Part shown: positions 23,033 through 36,800 of the stretch, piece by piece
How the letters are laid out: the number at the start of each line of letters is the position of its first letter
Position numbering within the stretch: position 1 is the stretch's first letter
Origin: Lophium mytilinum
Taxonomy: Eukaryota
Assembly (NCBI GenBank): GCA_010093605.1
Contig: MU004191.1
Location: forward strand, 1,534,816-1,598,815
Reading direction: 5' to 3'
DNA: 64,000 bases
The notes under the pieces: generated by a model
Seen by the model: only the letters and a program-made list of their open reading frames with translations
What the model was told of the DNA's origin: nothing
The model's database searches: none
Position numbers and translations under genes: made by a program

Positions 23033-26000
23033 ATGGCGAGCCTCTCGACCCGCTCGCGGGGAACTGGCAACAAGAGGCTCAACAGCCTCCAGCAGAGCGA
23101 CCGCCTGCAGCGCCAGAGCTCATACACCCGCAAACGCCAGATCACCTCCCAGGACTCCTATCTGTACGCCCTGCGTGTGGCCTTCCTCACCTACCTCCTC
23201 CAGCCCCGCCAGAAGCGTCTGCAGCATGTCGCCGCCGCGCCGCGCCCCATCAATCGCTCCACGACTTCCATGGCCGACCTGATGAAGGACTTTTCAGTCA
23301 TCAGAGACTCCAAGAGCACCCGCTTCCCCCATGGCTTCATGGCTGAGCTGGACAATCGGATAACGGGCGTGCTGATGGGCAAGGAGAAGATGCCCGAGTT
23401 CAGCGAAGCCCTGGTCAAACGCACATTCGCCGTGTTCCTGAACGTCTTCAAGGCCCCGCAATTTCGAAAGTCGATGGAGAAGGACCGCAGAGTGGAGGAC
23501 CTGCTGCTGATTTTCTTCTCCAATGCCACAAAAGAGCTGCAGAAGGGGAAATCGCCGACGGACGATAGCTGGAAGCTGATGGTGGATCGGCACGTGGCAC
23601 TATTTATTCGGCTGATCAGCTCGACACTGAAGGACCATGACTGGACAAGGGACAGGCCTGAGCTCACGAGCCGGCTGGCAACGATGGAGAAGAAGCTGCT
23701 GATGCACGACCAAGATCTGTCTGCCGAGTCACAGCGCAATGGCGGTGCTGGCGGCACCAGTATCGAAGTCGAAGTCCCTCGCAGCTACGAGGTCAAGGAT
23801 ATGCCTCTGGTCTTGGTTGTTTCGCGTGTGTTTGGCGTTTCCTATCAACAGGTCCAGGATGATATAAACAGTCACAAGGATGTATGGACAGAGAGGGCTG
23901 CGTTGCAGGACCTTAAGACTTACCAGACTTACCTCAGCCTCAATACAAAGAAGACGCTGAACAGTGATGATTTCGACCTGGAGGACGCTTACGAGATGTG
24001 GAAGAAGTCTGAGATTCCAGACCTGTCTCAGATGGTTCTGGCAATCGTTCAGTCGAACCCGGAGCTTGCGAAGAGCACGCCAGGTGGAAGTCTGCCACAG
24101 TTCAAGCCTACTGGTGGTTCGACAGAGTATCAGGACATGTCGAGGAAGATGTCTGAACCAGAGAACAATGGGTCGTCGTATGTCATTGACCAACCGGTGG
24201 ACATGAGTGGGCTGAATCTACGAGACGAACCGTTGCGAGGATCGGCGGACGACGAGGACCCATACGTCTTCATTCCGCCAGATCCTCGGGCATACTACCG
24301 TGCCGTGCTGAAGGAAGCCCTCACGTACGATCTTCAAGATGCTGGCCTTCAGCCGTCAGAAGCGACTAGTGAAACACCCTCTATCAAACTGCTCTCTAAG
24401 CAGTCCGCCGAACTCCTGAATGAGGTTGCTCTACGATGGCGTGTTCCACAGTTCTCTCGTCTAGTCCTCTTCCTCGACGTGATTCGAGAAAAGTACGAGG
24501 CCCAAGAGATCGATCTTGACACTCTAGATGCTGCCTTCAACTATGTGAAGGAACAACCAGTAGACAAAAAGCACAACCGGATGAGCCACGTGTCGCCAGC
24601 ACTCTTTGATCGGACGAAATGGACCGTTGCGGACTACGCCCTGAATGGCACAATTCTTAGCTCGCTGCACGCATGCTTGTTGCGAGAGCTTTTTGAGGTG
24701 TTGCTTCAATGCTACGAGGCGAAGGCGCCCCCACTTGGGCCTATCATGTATGTATTGGAGCATCACATTTATGAAGATTCTCTCTTCTCGGCCACACCGG
24801 AGGAACTCGATCAATTTATGGAGTCATTAAAGGAGGGGCTCAAATTACGAGCTGCCGACGTATATCGCGAACTTCTATCAAAGAACATTCCAGACACAAA
24901 AGAAGAATGGGAGTTCTTTCACGTAATTCAGCTTGGCAAGGCCGTTGTCAAGCTTTCGGAGAGGATTCAGAAGCGATATCGTAAGAATCCTGAGATCATG
25001 GGTGTCAATCCTCTCATGATACTTGTCGAGGAGATATTGCCATCATATGCCGCAGATGCGAGAGATTTGGTGGCACGCATCATGGATGTCGCTCAGGAAA
25101 AGCACGAAGATGTCCCTATTCAAGATGGATTCGATCTGTACAAGGAGCTTGTGGAGATTAGACGTATCCACGCAGATGCGCTTCCAGGGTAAGTGTCGCC
25201 TGATCTACCAAGAACGTCTCACTAATGATCGCAGTCGGCAATTCGCCTTCCATATTGAAGGACTCTTGCAAGATTTCGTTTGGCGATGGATCGAGATGAC
25301 CGATGCCAGTCTTGTTGGTTGGGTTGAGAATGCTGTTAAGCAGGATAATTTCAGTGTTATTAGCGAGAATCCGGTCGCAATGGACGATGAACGGCACAGC
25401 GTCTCGGTAGTCGACATTTTTCGGTCTTTCAACCAAAGCATTGAGCAGATCGTCAATCTCAACTGGGATGACGATCTACAGTATGCCAAGTTCATGACTA
25501 CCATGTCAAAAACGATTGGAGTTGGGCTATCAAGATACTGCGAGCTTATTGAGCAAATGTTCAGCAAGGAGATGGACCGCTTGACACCAGAGCAAGAGGC
25601 CGCAGCCCAACAAAGTCGACAGGATAAATGGATGCAGATGGTCAAAGATGGCTGGAGCAACAGGGAGAAGATGGAGCCGTTTCAGTTCTTGCAGGAGGTA
25701 AGTCATTCCACAACCTAGTCTCTGCATGTCTAATTATGTGTCAGTCTCTTGTCAAACTTAACAATATCGAATACGCGACACTACGACTCGATAAACTCGA
25801 ACGAGAAGTGAACGTAGATGCATGCGCAGAAGTCATTCAAAAGCATGCTCCTCCCGTAGCTCAACGTGCTCGCCGATCTGATAATTATGTCTTTACTATC
25901 AAGATCATTGAGGCAGAGGATCTGAAGGCCTGCGATATTAATGGCCTCAGTGATCCATATGTGGTTCTTGGAGACGAATATCAAAAACGATTAGCAAAGA

Positions 26001-27328
26001 CTCGCACTATCTATGCCAACCTCAATCCTCGATGGGATGAGACAATCGATATCACCACTCAAGGACCATTGAACATCATTGCCACTATTTGGGATTGGGA
26101 CACCCTAGGTGATCATGATTGTGTGGGCCGCACCTCATTGAAACTCGACCCCTCGCATTTCAGGGACTTTATGCCTCGAGAGTATTGGTTGGACTTGGAT
26201 ACTCAGGGCAGATTGCTCCTACGAGTCAGTATGGAAGGAGAGCGGGATGATATTCAGTTCTACTTCGGAAAGGCTTTCCGGACGCTCAAGAGAACAGAAC
26301 GAGACATGACAAGGAAAATCACTGACAAGGTATTTACATACCATAAATCACAAGATCGCCTGCTAACAATCCCCAGCTGTCTGCTTATATCCACCACTGT
26401 CTCTCACGACAAGCGTTGCGTAATATGCTATCTCGTGGCATCACCATGTCCTCTATATCGAGCTACTTCCAGAAAACCCGTCCGCAGTCAGTCGCCACAG
26501 GACCGACGCAACGAGATGTTACGAATGCGTTGGAGCCACTGTTCAATTATTTCAACGATAATTTTGCTATTATGAAGGAAACATTGACAGACTCTGCTAT
26601 GGTCATGGTCATGACCCGGTTGTGGAAGGAAGTTCTGGCCACTATCGAGTCCCTACTAGTTCCACCTCTCTCAGACAAGCCGTCTCAACAGCGCCCTCTC
26701 ACTCAGCAGGAGCTCGATGTCGTCTTCAAATGGCTACAGGTAATTCTGCTCCCAGTTCAATATCTATGTCACGTGCTAACTCCCTCAGCTTCTCTTTGAC
26801 TTCTTCCACGCCGTTGACGAAGATGGGGTATCATGTGGTGTACCAATGGACATTCTCAAATCGCCAAAATACCATGAGCTCCAGAACCTCAACTTCTTCT
26901 ACTTCGAGACGACCGAGAACCTAGTCCGCACATCAGAGAGCATGGCAGCAGCCACAGCACAGCGCCAGCAAGCAGAGCAGGCCAAGATGAACCGCCTCTC
27001 GGCTCCTGCGGCCATGGGCCACCAGTTCGGCGGTGCTGCTGGTCTGCTAGGCCTCCCAACCCGCAAGCACAAGACCATCATGCTCTCGCGCAATCTAGGC
27101 ACGATGAGGAAAGCGAAAGAAGAAAAGAGGAAGGAAGCACAAGCTGACCCGAACGACGACATCATCCTCCGAATTCTAAGGATGCGGCCGGAAGCGGAAC
27201 GGTACCTGAAAGAGCGCAGTCGGCAGAAGGAGAGGCTTGCTGCGGCTGCTGCGGCCGAGATGATCGTGCGGCAGAGCCTGAATGCTGGGGGCGGGAGGAT
27301 GACGGGCACGTTGCCCCGGATGCGATAA
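23033..27328 (+). CDS. Munc13-homology (MHD1/C2/MHD2) protein, Ync13/YOR296W-like
   Basis: Introns 25189-25234, 25698-25744, 26330-26376 and 26740-26788 all restore frame. C2 domain FTIKIIEAEDLKACDINGLSDPYVVL..LNPRWDE..WDWD; MHD2-like LEPLFNYFNDNF..RLWKEVL. Confidence 0.88.
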
Positions 27329-27851
27329 GAGTCGGTTTCGCGGTGACGATGCTGCATGGATGCGGTTAAGTGTTCGAAACTGCTCATTTGGGAAACAGCG
27401 TGCGCGTCTTATGGGACAAGGCTACATGGCGATACGTCGATACCTGGATATTTCTTTTTGTGATCGTCCATTGTGCGTAATGACTCTCCTCACTAGCCTG
27501 GAGTCTGGAGCTTGGGTTGGGCTTTCGGCGTCGGATGGGTATTCATTGACTGGGGGGTGGACTGGACTGGACTGGGATGGCTTTGCGTACATTTCAGGCG
27601 CTTTGGGCCACTTGTTGAAGCGCGGGAGGGCAGGGGATGAGGGAGTAGGTTAGTGCGTAGCTAGATCTTAATGTGGTGTGAGTATGGTTGTGGGGGCTGG
27701 TACGGGAGGTAGGTCTAGACGTATAAGATATGTAGACAGACCTAATAAACAAACCCGCCTGCATTCCTTACAAACCAAACCTTTCTCTACAACTCTATTG
27801 CTACGTACTGTATAACCATCCGGGGTAGGCGGGCACCCCCCCTCCCCCGAA

Positions 27852-29143
27852 TCAATGATTCCTCGCCACAATCTCCCGCGCAAACGCCGCAAAGTCCTTC
27901 TCCCCATCCACCTTCTCCCACAGATTCGGCTGCGTAAACACCGCCAGCGTATTCCGCGCCACCTTCCCCCCCTTGGAGCTCGCGCCCCGCACAAAATGCG
28001 GCACTGCTTTGAACTTCCCCTTCGTAATCACCTCCAGCGCCTCGCCCGTCTGGAACCCCAGACAGTCCCGCGGGATGCCGACCTTCGTCACCGCGTTCGT
28101 CCGCGAGCGGATGTACAGCCCCGCGGCGGGGTCGGGGGAGCTGGAGAGTTCAGGCAGCGGCGGCGGGGGCGAGGAGATGGCGGGGGAGTCTGAGGACCGA
28201 GCGGGGAGGATCGGGGGGCTTGCGGCCTCGTCGACGAACATCGCGGAGGTGAGGCCGGTGAGGCAGCCGTGGTCGAGGTGGGTGGCGCACCAGTCGTCGT
28301 CGTCTGCTTCCTCACCCGCTTCCTTGGAAGATGGACTAGCCCCCGGGGGCGGGAAGTAGTGCAGCAGTCGCGCTTTCGTGGAGACGGAGGTCCGCACGAC
28401 GTGCTCAAGGTAGCCGGGCGCGTAGCCCTCTACTTTGGCGAGGGCGTAGACGTCGCAGGCGCGCGCGACGAGGACCGCGACGTCGATGATGAGCTCGCAG
28501 AGGGCGCGGAAGGTGGGCTCGAAGGTGGGGAGGAGCGTGGTGGGGGGCCAGACGTTGGGGGCGGTGTATTCGGGGAATGAGGGGTATTTGGCGGCGACGG
28601 AGGACTGGACGGAGGGGGTGGAGAAGGAGGGGGCGGGGTTGGCGTAGTAGGAGCCTTTGAGGGTATCGTAGACGCCGGATTTGAGGGTTTCTTTGCCGCA
28701 GGACCAGCCGACGAGGTAGTGGGAGGAGGGGGATTCGAGGGCGACTGGGGGTGGGTAAGGATGAGTGATGTTTAGGGGAGATGGGGGATATAGAGTGATC
28801 GAATTTGACATCTTTCTGGGGCTCTTTTTGGAGATAGAGGGAAAGTTATTACAGTGATATGAAGAAAAGACCTACCTAGTTCTTCGGCGGGGAGATTGGC
28901 TAGATAGGACGAGTATGAAAGAAGCTTGTGTCGTAGCTCCACGAACTTCTCGGGTAGGCCTTTGACAACAATTATACCCAACGATGAGGGGCCAAAGGCC
29001 TCCTCTAAGGTTGAGAAATCTACATTTCCTACACGAATACTTCAATATCAGAATGTACTGATTGGGATCATACTGCACTCACCCTTTCTGAGATCCTCTA
29101 AACTCACCGTGACTGCACTTTGGCTGACTACTCCATTCGACAT
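27852..29143 (-). CDS. 2-oxoglutarate/Fe(II)-dependent oxygenase (IPNS/clavaminate-synthase-like fold)
   Basis: Introns about 29082-29029 and 28874-28745. FGPSSLGIIVVKGLP, VGWSCGKE, ARLLHYFP, WCATHLDHGCLT (HxD), AVPHFV (distal His), RNTLAVF. Confidence 0.88.
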
Positions 29144-29343
29144 GTTACAAGTTGTACAAGTTTTAGCGATGTGGTTGGGCGAAGTGCGTTTTATACAACA
29201 GATAAATCACCTTCCCTATTCATCGCTGTCGGCCACTTCCGATATCACGTGGTATCAAGCTCAACCATCGCCAAGGATTTCCAACAGCTTCCCATGTAGA
29301 TACCTAGACACTCCACCACCAAGCTCCTAAACCGACACACAAG

Positions 29344-30205
29344 ATGCCCGTCAAGCCACTAACATTCAAAGGCGACAAGAAGACTAAGAAGCGCAAGCGC
29401 ACCGCCGCCGTCGATGATGACGCCCCCTCCAAATCCACAGACCTGACCACCACCTCCGCGGCGAAGGAAACAGACCCGGAAGACGACTCGTGGGTGTCTG
29501 CTGAAGCTGCCTCTGATGTCTCTGGTCCGATCATTTTCGTGCTGCCCACTGAACCAGCTACTTGTCTGGCCTGCGATGCGAATGGGAAAGTCTGGACGAG
29601 CGCGGTCGAGAACTTCGTCGACGGGGATCCTTCTACGGCAGAGCCGCATGATGTCCGGCAGGTGTGGATAGCGAACCGAGTTGCGGGGACGGAAAATTTC
29701 AGTTTCAAGGGGCATCATGGTCGGTATGTGTGATCTAGCTGCGTTTGTCCTCTAGTTCGAAATGCTAACATTTATGCACAGATATCTAAGCTGCGACAAA
29801 TACGGAATCCTTACCGCAACCGCCCCCGCCGTCTCCCCCATTGAATCCTTCCTCCTCGTCCCGCTCCCCTCACAACCAGCCATTTTCGCCGTCGAGACAA
29901 ATACGGAGAAGTTCCTCGCTGTTGACGATGCCTCCGCCTCCCCTACCGTACGTGGTGATGCGGAGGAGCTGTTGTTCAATACAGGCTTGCGTGTACGCAT
30001 GCAGGCGCGGTTTAAGCCGAGGCTGAAGGTCGCGAAGGCAGAGAAGGCGGCAGCGAAAATCAGTCGGAAGGAGCTGGAAGAGGCGGTGGGCAGGCGGTTA
30101 GAGGATGACGAGGTGAAGAAGCTGAAGAAGGCGAGGAAAGAAGGAGATTACCATGAGGTATTGCTGGATGTGAAAGTCAAGGGAAAGCACGATAAGTTTG
30201 CATGA
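29344..30205 (+). CDS. FRG1: FRG1-like protein (fascin-like actin/RNA-binding)
   Basis: Intron 29724-29781. MPVKPLTFKGDKKTKKRK, EPHDVRQVW, SFKGHHGRYLSCDKYG, LKKARKEGDYHEVLLDVKVKGKHDKFA. Confidence 0.9.
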
Positions 30206-31337
30206 TGACTGGGATGTGGGAGTCCGTAGGCGTATATCCTAATGGGTCGGACGCATAGACTGGTATGCCGTTCCAGTCTTCTTTTCATCTACGACAGGAG
30301 TGTAGCGCTGGATTGTAGTAGCCGGTTCAGCTAGCCAGGCGCATCCATGGCGTAAGTCTTTAAGAGACGGCCTTTTAGTTATCGGAAGCCATACCCGCTC
30401 ATGGCGTTGAACCCGATACAACTTGTATCATGTCGCTATCAGACTTGGACTAGATCTCGAGTAGTAGACATCCGACCTTACTTCCATGGTGATGCTGGAG
30501 CATGAAAAAAGAAAATTGTTGTCGGTAGACTTTTCAAGATGCATTCAAGAGTCGTAATGGGTTCGTATAGCTTGATTCCTTAGAACTTATGTATTGTAAG
30601 TTTACTGGTTTCCCTCACCTGTTCTCGTGATGCTGATTATCGCGTCAGGAGGTAGATAGTACTATGTATGCAAGGGAGAGGTTGGCAACCCTCGTACCTC
30701 TTTGTCACACAACCAATGACTAGGGGAAACCCCCGCGATATCGTGTCAAAGAGCAATACAATATGATGCTAGACTAGTATGATGGGTGGTGGTGTGATTA
30801 GATGATTAGATGCGACGAATAGACAGTGTCATACCGCTAAGCGCATCGCGATTATTCCGGGGCGTACGGTGCAACGTAGGTGAAAATCATTGCGTGAAGG
30901 TTGCAGCAAGGAGAAGTTATCGAAATCTCCTTTCATGATGTTGTGGGACTGCAGCCACTACCGCACGCATCAGGGGGGGGGGGGGTGGCTTTCACGTAAA
31001 CCACCTAACTCATCTCATCATCGTTCCTTCTTCGCCATCTGCAGCCTCCGCCAGGCCACTCCTCTCTTCTTCAGGTCAACCATCAATTCCATTTACCTAG
31101 AATTCCTGTCGTTTCTGCGCCGCCTGACCTCCCCCGAGATACCGTTGCTAGGAACTTCTCACTCCTCGCTCTCCTCCAGTCTGCCCAATATACAAGTCAA
31201 TGCTGAAGCAGTAGCTACCAGCTCGACACCTACAGGTGCTCCGGTTTGACCTCACCCCGTCGATAATCCGTGGCGGTTTGCGGAAGTCCAATAAACCGCA
31301 TTACACTTGACGTTGCAGCTCTTCGCCCACGATTACG

Positions 31338-32533
31338 ATGCTTCCATCCAACCTCCCGGCGCCGGTGAGGGTACTAGTACTGATATTCTCCGTGGTCTTT
31401 CTTGTATTTACCGCGGCGTATCTTGCGTACCAAACCCCTGCCGCAGCTTGCGTTCTAGAGCACTACAGCGATAGTCCAGCCTACAACTCGCCAATCAATA
31501 AGTCCGAGTCAATCATAGACATCACCCTCCACAAGCCAGACACGAGCCATAGCGACACAACATCTTTACAACAAGTCTTGCAATTCATCTTCAACCCGAA
31601 GAAGTTTTCCCTCACCGAGCCCTCCTACATCGCCAATGGCACCGAATATAAACTCCATGGCACGCCATTGTACACGAAGCCACTCGGAAAAGACATCTGT
31701 ATCGTCGACATAGACACCAGGCCATACACGAACGCGCACCAAGTAATGCACGCCGGCGACTTCGTCTGGAACGACATAGACCGGTACTCCGCCGGCATGC
31801 TGAGCCACTACACCTACGGTACTTCCGCCCCACAAGCCTAACTCCCTATCCCTCCCCCTTACTAACCTCCCCAGCAACCCTCCACGGCTACGACTACAAA
31901 TTCATCAACGCGGCCAACTACACCGACCGCTCGCCGACATGGATCAAGCCGTCCGCCATCGCGCACCTCCTCCCCTCCTACAAATTTGTCGTCTTCCTCG
32001 ACGCCGACGCCGCCTTCAACGCCATGCACATCCCGCTCGAATGGCTGCTCAACTACTGGCACATTTCCGCGGACGTCGCCATCGCCATGGCCCTCGACCC
32101 CAACGCTCCCACCAACTATGACCGCCTGCACCGCCTCTTAACGAACACTGGCTTCATGATCGTCCAGCACAACGCGGTTGCAATGGATATGTTGCGCGCG
32201 TGGGACGAGTGCCCTGGCGAGACGCGGTACCCGGGGTGTGCGGAGTGGAAGCAGCCAAGGTTCCATGAGCAGTCGGCGTTTGGGAATTATGTGCGGTATG
32301 ATTATGGGGAGTGGATTCGGGAGCTGCCGTGTGATGAGGCGAATGGCGAGCCGGAGTTTGGCGAGTGCAGAGGCGTGTTTGTGAGCCATTTTTGGTGGCG
32401 GACGGATAATGTGAAGAGGTATTTTGGGATGAATGCGTTGCAGGCGCTGATGGGGAGGGTGCAGGGGGAGATGGTGGAGCGGAGGGAGGAGGTTGTGGAG
32501 GTGCAGGCGGAGAATGTGGTTGCGAATGGGTAG
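31338..32533 (+). CDS. Type II membrane glycosyltransferase, GT34 (Gma12/Mnn10)-like
   Basis: N-terminal TM anchor; intron 31819-31874. YATLHGYDYKF, WIKPS, VVFLDADA (DxD), NTGFMI, HEQSAF. Confidence 0.82.
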
Positions 32534-32776
32534 GGGGATAGTTATAGGGAGGCGGCGTGTATGGCAGTGCATGGGAAAGGTTTTGTTTGGGGAGTATAAT
32601 GGCATCACACGGCTTTCGAAGGGGTGTATGGGAACGAACCGCTGCAAAAAATGGCTCACGGAATTGTGTAGTCCATACATATGAGAAGAGCGCTACGGAA
32701 TCATATCAAAGTTTTCGAATGCGTCGAAGGAATTCCACTAAGCGTGCATGTTCGTAAGATGCCCTAGTTGTTATCG

Positions 32777-33456
32777 TTTAAGATTTATCTTTAGGAGGAC
32801 ACTCTCCATGCTGTCTAGTCGCCCCGGAGACGGCCTGAACCTTGACAATATATCCCCGACTCTGAACGACAAGGACGCAATAGTCCTCCGCTCTTTGACA
32901 ATAGCTCTGAAACGGACGTTAGATGGACTATTTGGACGCCCTATATGTGATGTTGATTGCCTAAGGCAGGTGTGAAAGCTCGGGCACATCCCCAGTGAGC
33001 GTACAAACACCTTTTGTTTTCGAGCGTCCCAATGTCGAGAGGAGAAGTGGATCACGAAGTGGTTCCACGACCATAATATCTCCTCGACGCCTAGGTTAAA
33101 AAGGTACTCGCGTTCTTCGCCTCCCGCCCCGCTCACACCTATACTGGTGTGGGGGGTTTAAGGTTTTGTAGTTTGACTCCCGGCGAGGTTGGGGTTTTTT
33201 GCCTCTCTAAAAGTTTCCTCTTCTGGGTGGTCCTTGAAGATGGGTCCAAACCCGTGTTTCTGCCGTTATAATTCCCCAGGGCTGTTCGTCCCCATTGCTC
33301 AGCTAAGGGTACTCACTCACAGCCAGCGTTTTTGTTTCCCGGAACGAACACATACTCTTCGTTCTGCTAGGCGTGGCGGCTAGTAAATAGGCCAGTGGGT
33401 GGGAGGTAGGAAGACGTCACAGAACCGACTCCCCATCCTTTGACATTCGAATCCAT
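32777..33456 (-). pseudogene. Possible decayed two-intron gene of unknown family
   Basis: Canonical-looking introns (GTATGT..AACAG, about 33355-33282; GTACGC..CTAAC..TTTCAG, about 33004-32907) join one frame containing TAG, TAA, TAA internal stops. Confidence 0.3.
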
Positions 33457-33829
33457 GGGTTCAGACTCCAATCTCGCCGCAGCTCGTTCGATTCATCTAC
33501 CAACGCTCCACACATGCAATCCGCTTTGCAGCACCGCCAAAAACGAAAGAACGGAATGGTATCATCCACAAAAAACATCTAACAAACACTCCGCTCGCGC
33601 TGCCGTCTACAGAAACGCGTACATGCGACATTATCCTCATCAACATCCTCGTAGCTCCATATATCAACACAACCTCTCCAACCAAAACAATAGAGATGAG
33701 AAAAAGAGAACTCCAGTCCCAATGCCGCCCAAAATCATCACCTCTTGCCCACCCGTACAAACGCCACCAACCAGATATTCTTTCAAATATCCACTCCCCA
33801 TTTCGTACTCTTTCGGGATTTTCTTCTGC

Positions 33830-36800
33830 TCATTTGCCCGCCCTCCACCGCCCGTCCGCGACCGTCTCAAAGTGCAGGTCTTTCCGCCCTATCCCTGCTA
33901 CACCACCGTCCCTAACCCGTTCGACGCCGCCGCCTTCCAACCACCGCGACAGGTTCTTGCATTGGCTCACGTCGAAGAGCTCGAGCTCTCTGCAGCCCTC
34001 GACGACGGCTTCGACGCCGGTGCCCGTGACGCGCACGCACCCGCGCACGGAGAGCGCTTTCAGTTCGAGGAGGTGTAGCGAGATGCAGCGGAGACTGGTG
34101 TCCGAGACCGCGGAGCCGCAGAAGGCGAGGTTGAGGTGCGTGAGAGAGGGGAGGCCGAGGGCGAGGACTTCGGTTGCCGTGTCGGAGAGGGCGCAGCAGA
34201 ACGACTATTCTAGTGTTAGCAAAGTCTGTACATAATGGTGATGATGGCGAGTATGTGCACGTGATGGTGATGGCACCACCACATTCGCATTTCCGACTCA
34301 ACAGGAGAGAGTGTGTATCTTACCAAGTCCAACTCCTTAAGCCCCTTCGCCGCATTCGTCAGATACACAATCGCGTTGTCCGTCAAGTACGTGCAGTCGG
34401 CGAGACACAGCTTGCTCAACCGCGGGAACGAGTATATGCTCCAATGCTGGAATCCGACGTCGCTGATCGTCGTGCACCGCGTGAGATCGATCTGCTCGAG
34501 CCGAGCCGCGGCATGGACGGCGATGTGCGCCATCGAGCGGTCGGTGATGTGCTTGCAGTACGAGAGCGTCAGTCGCTTGAGCTTCGGGCACCCAACGACG
34601 GTCCCCGGCGGGATCTGGGGAGGCGGGTTGCCGTTGTTTTGCGGCGTACCACCTCGCGAGTTGTGGCGATGGCGACCGTTCATCTGGGCTTGCTGCTGGG
34701 CCTGTTGGGCCGCTGCTACAGCTGGGCTGGTTTCTGGCACGACCCAGCCAACGACGCGAGCGAGGAGGTTGTCGCCGACTTTGCGGCAGTTGCTGAGGTC
34801 GACTTCTTCAAGACCCTTGGCTTTGTTGACCATTTCGAGGACCGCCTGGCCTGTGATGTCCCAGACGCTCTTCATGCGCCAAATCCTGACGTTGGTGCCG
34901 CAATTAGAGGCCAGCGCTGTAAAGCCCTCGTCCGTGACGTGGAAGCAGTTGCTGATATCGATGAAGCGGGGTCGGGTGCCAACAAAGGGGCAGATAATTT
35001 CCGAGAGAGCACTGTCAGTAACTTTACGGTTGTATTTGGTTAGGTCGAGCGTGTGTAAGATATTTGGACTGGTGGAGATGATTTTGAGCCAATGCATCGA
35101 GACAAGGCGGATTTTCATTAGTTCGTGAACGTCGAGATTTTGGAAGATAGATGTCAAAATGGTGTCTGGTAAAATGCCCTGACCAAATCGGCTGGGCCGC
35201 CTTATGATCTTAGGTCTTTTGAAAGATATTTGGGGTTCTGGGGGCGTAGATGAGTGTTTAGGTTGTAAAGGTGATGGCGACAAAGTCTGGCTAGATGGCG
35301 ATTGGGGCTGGGAGTTGTTCCCATTGCTCTGAGATTCCGGTGTAGGAGGTGCCAGTGAGCCCCTTCGAGACCTCGATCTCATGTTATCTAGATCCACATT
35401 TAGAAATGGATCAGGGTCGTACGGCTCAATAACCTGCAGGCCCTCTCTTCGGCTCGGCGTTAGAGGGCTTTCTATGGGCGTGTCTGTAAAGGTGACAGTT
35501 GGCACGCTCTTCTTTCGAGGTGTCCGCGGATAGATGTCTGCAATGACAAGCTCACTGATCGCTGGAGTAGAGTCTGCATCCGTCATCGACACATCGGTAT
35601 CTCGCGCCGCCTCAAGCCTCTGCTTCGCAACACCTTCGACCTGCTGCCGAAGGTGCGGAGAACACTTCTCCCAAAGCTCGGTTAAAACATCACCGCTGAT
35701 CATCAGGCATTCGACTGAAGAGACTGACCGAACCGTGGCCGTTCGCAGAGGAGCTAGCCGTAAGCTTGTGACTTCTCCAAAATACTGCCCTGGCCGTAGT
35801 CTAGCCTTTACTTGCTGAATGAAGCGTGAGCTAAGCTCGCCCCCAGCAATTGACTTCCTACGGCCAGCTTCGGCGATTGAATGCCCATTTTCTTCAGGGG
35901 GCCTTTCGTGTACAACCTCAACTTCCCCTCTGACGATAAAAAACACATCTCGTCCGTCAGAGCCTTGCTGAATGATGTTGGTAAAAGGAGGGAAATTTCG
36001 TGGCTGGGCGTTTAGTCCAATGAAATGGAGTATGTCCGGTGGCAGACTGGAGAACAGTGGCAGCTCTTTCAACAGCAGGCGCACATTGATGCTCCCGCTT
36101 CCCAGCGCACTCAGCGCGGCGGCTTCTGCCAGTCCAGGGCTTGGTGATTTCCGCTTCTTATTGACGTTGGCACTGATGACCTCTCCGTCTCTCAGCACGC
36201 CTACGTCACCCATCTCAACATCGCCATCCATGCGGTCACGTGTGCGCTTGCCACTGCGATACTTTGCCGGATCTGTCGACGCAGTGCTGCCAATTTCTCG
36301 CTTCTTGCGCGCCAGAATTGACAGCCTCTCCTTGGCCTCTTCCATAATGGCACGTTCGACCTCGGGGAAGCTCGGCAGTTCCTTCTTGAGGTCCTCCTTA
36401 TTCAGCCGCACGACCAAAGTTCGCATATTGGCGATGATTGTCGCAGTTCGGGGGATGTCCATGAGGATGCCAATCTCGCCGAAGAATGCGCCGGGTCTCA
36501 GTTCGGCAAATGTGCTCTCCCCGTCCCGTGACGTAACGCGCACCGCCCCGCGAACCAGCCAGTACATGGCTTTGGCATCGTCGCCTTCTGTGATTATGTA
36601 GTCGTGCGGCTGGTACAGCTGGGGCCGCAGGTGGGCGCCGATGGCGGCGAGGAAGGAGTCGGGAGCAGAGAGGAAGAGCGGGAACGAGCGCAATCGGTCG
36701 AGCAGGTCCAGCGGCAGGCCCTGAATGGTGGAGGCTGTCAGAGGAGAGGGGCGAATGGGCCGCGTGGGATTCGTCTCGGAGTCGTAGGCGCGGATCAGGG

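Noticed and set aside
33444..33470. TTCGAATCC resembling a tRNA T-loop
   Set aside because: No cloverleaf, A-box or acceptor stem.
34174..36601. Long + strand ORFs (289, 271, 209 aa)
   Set aside because: Antisense shadows of the cNMP-F-box-LRR gene; the same applies to antisense ORFs over the Munc13, SRK1, OSH and MST1 genes.
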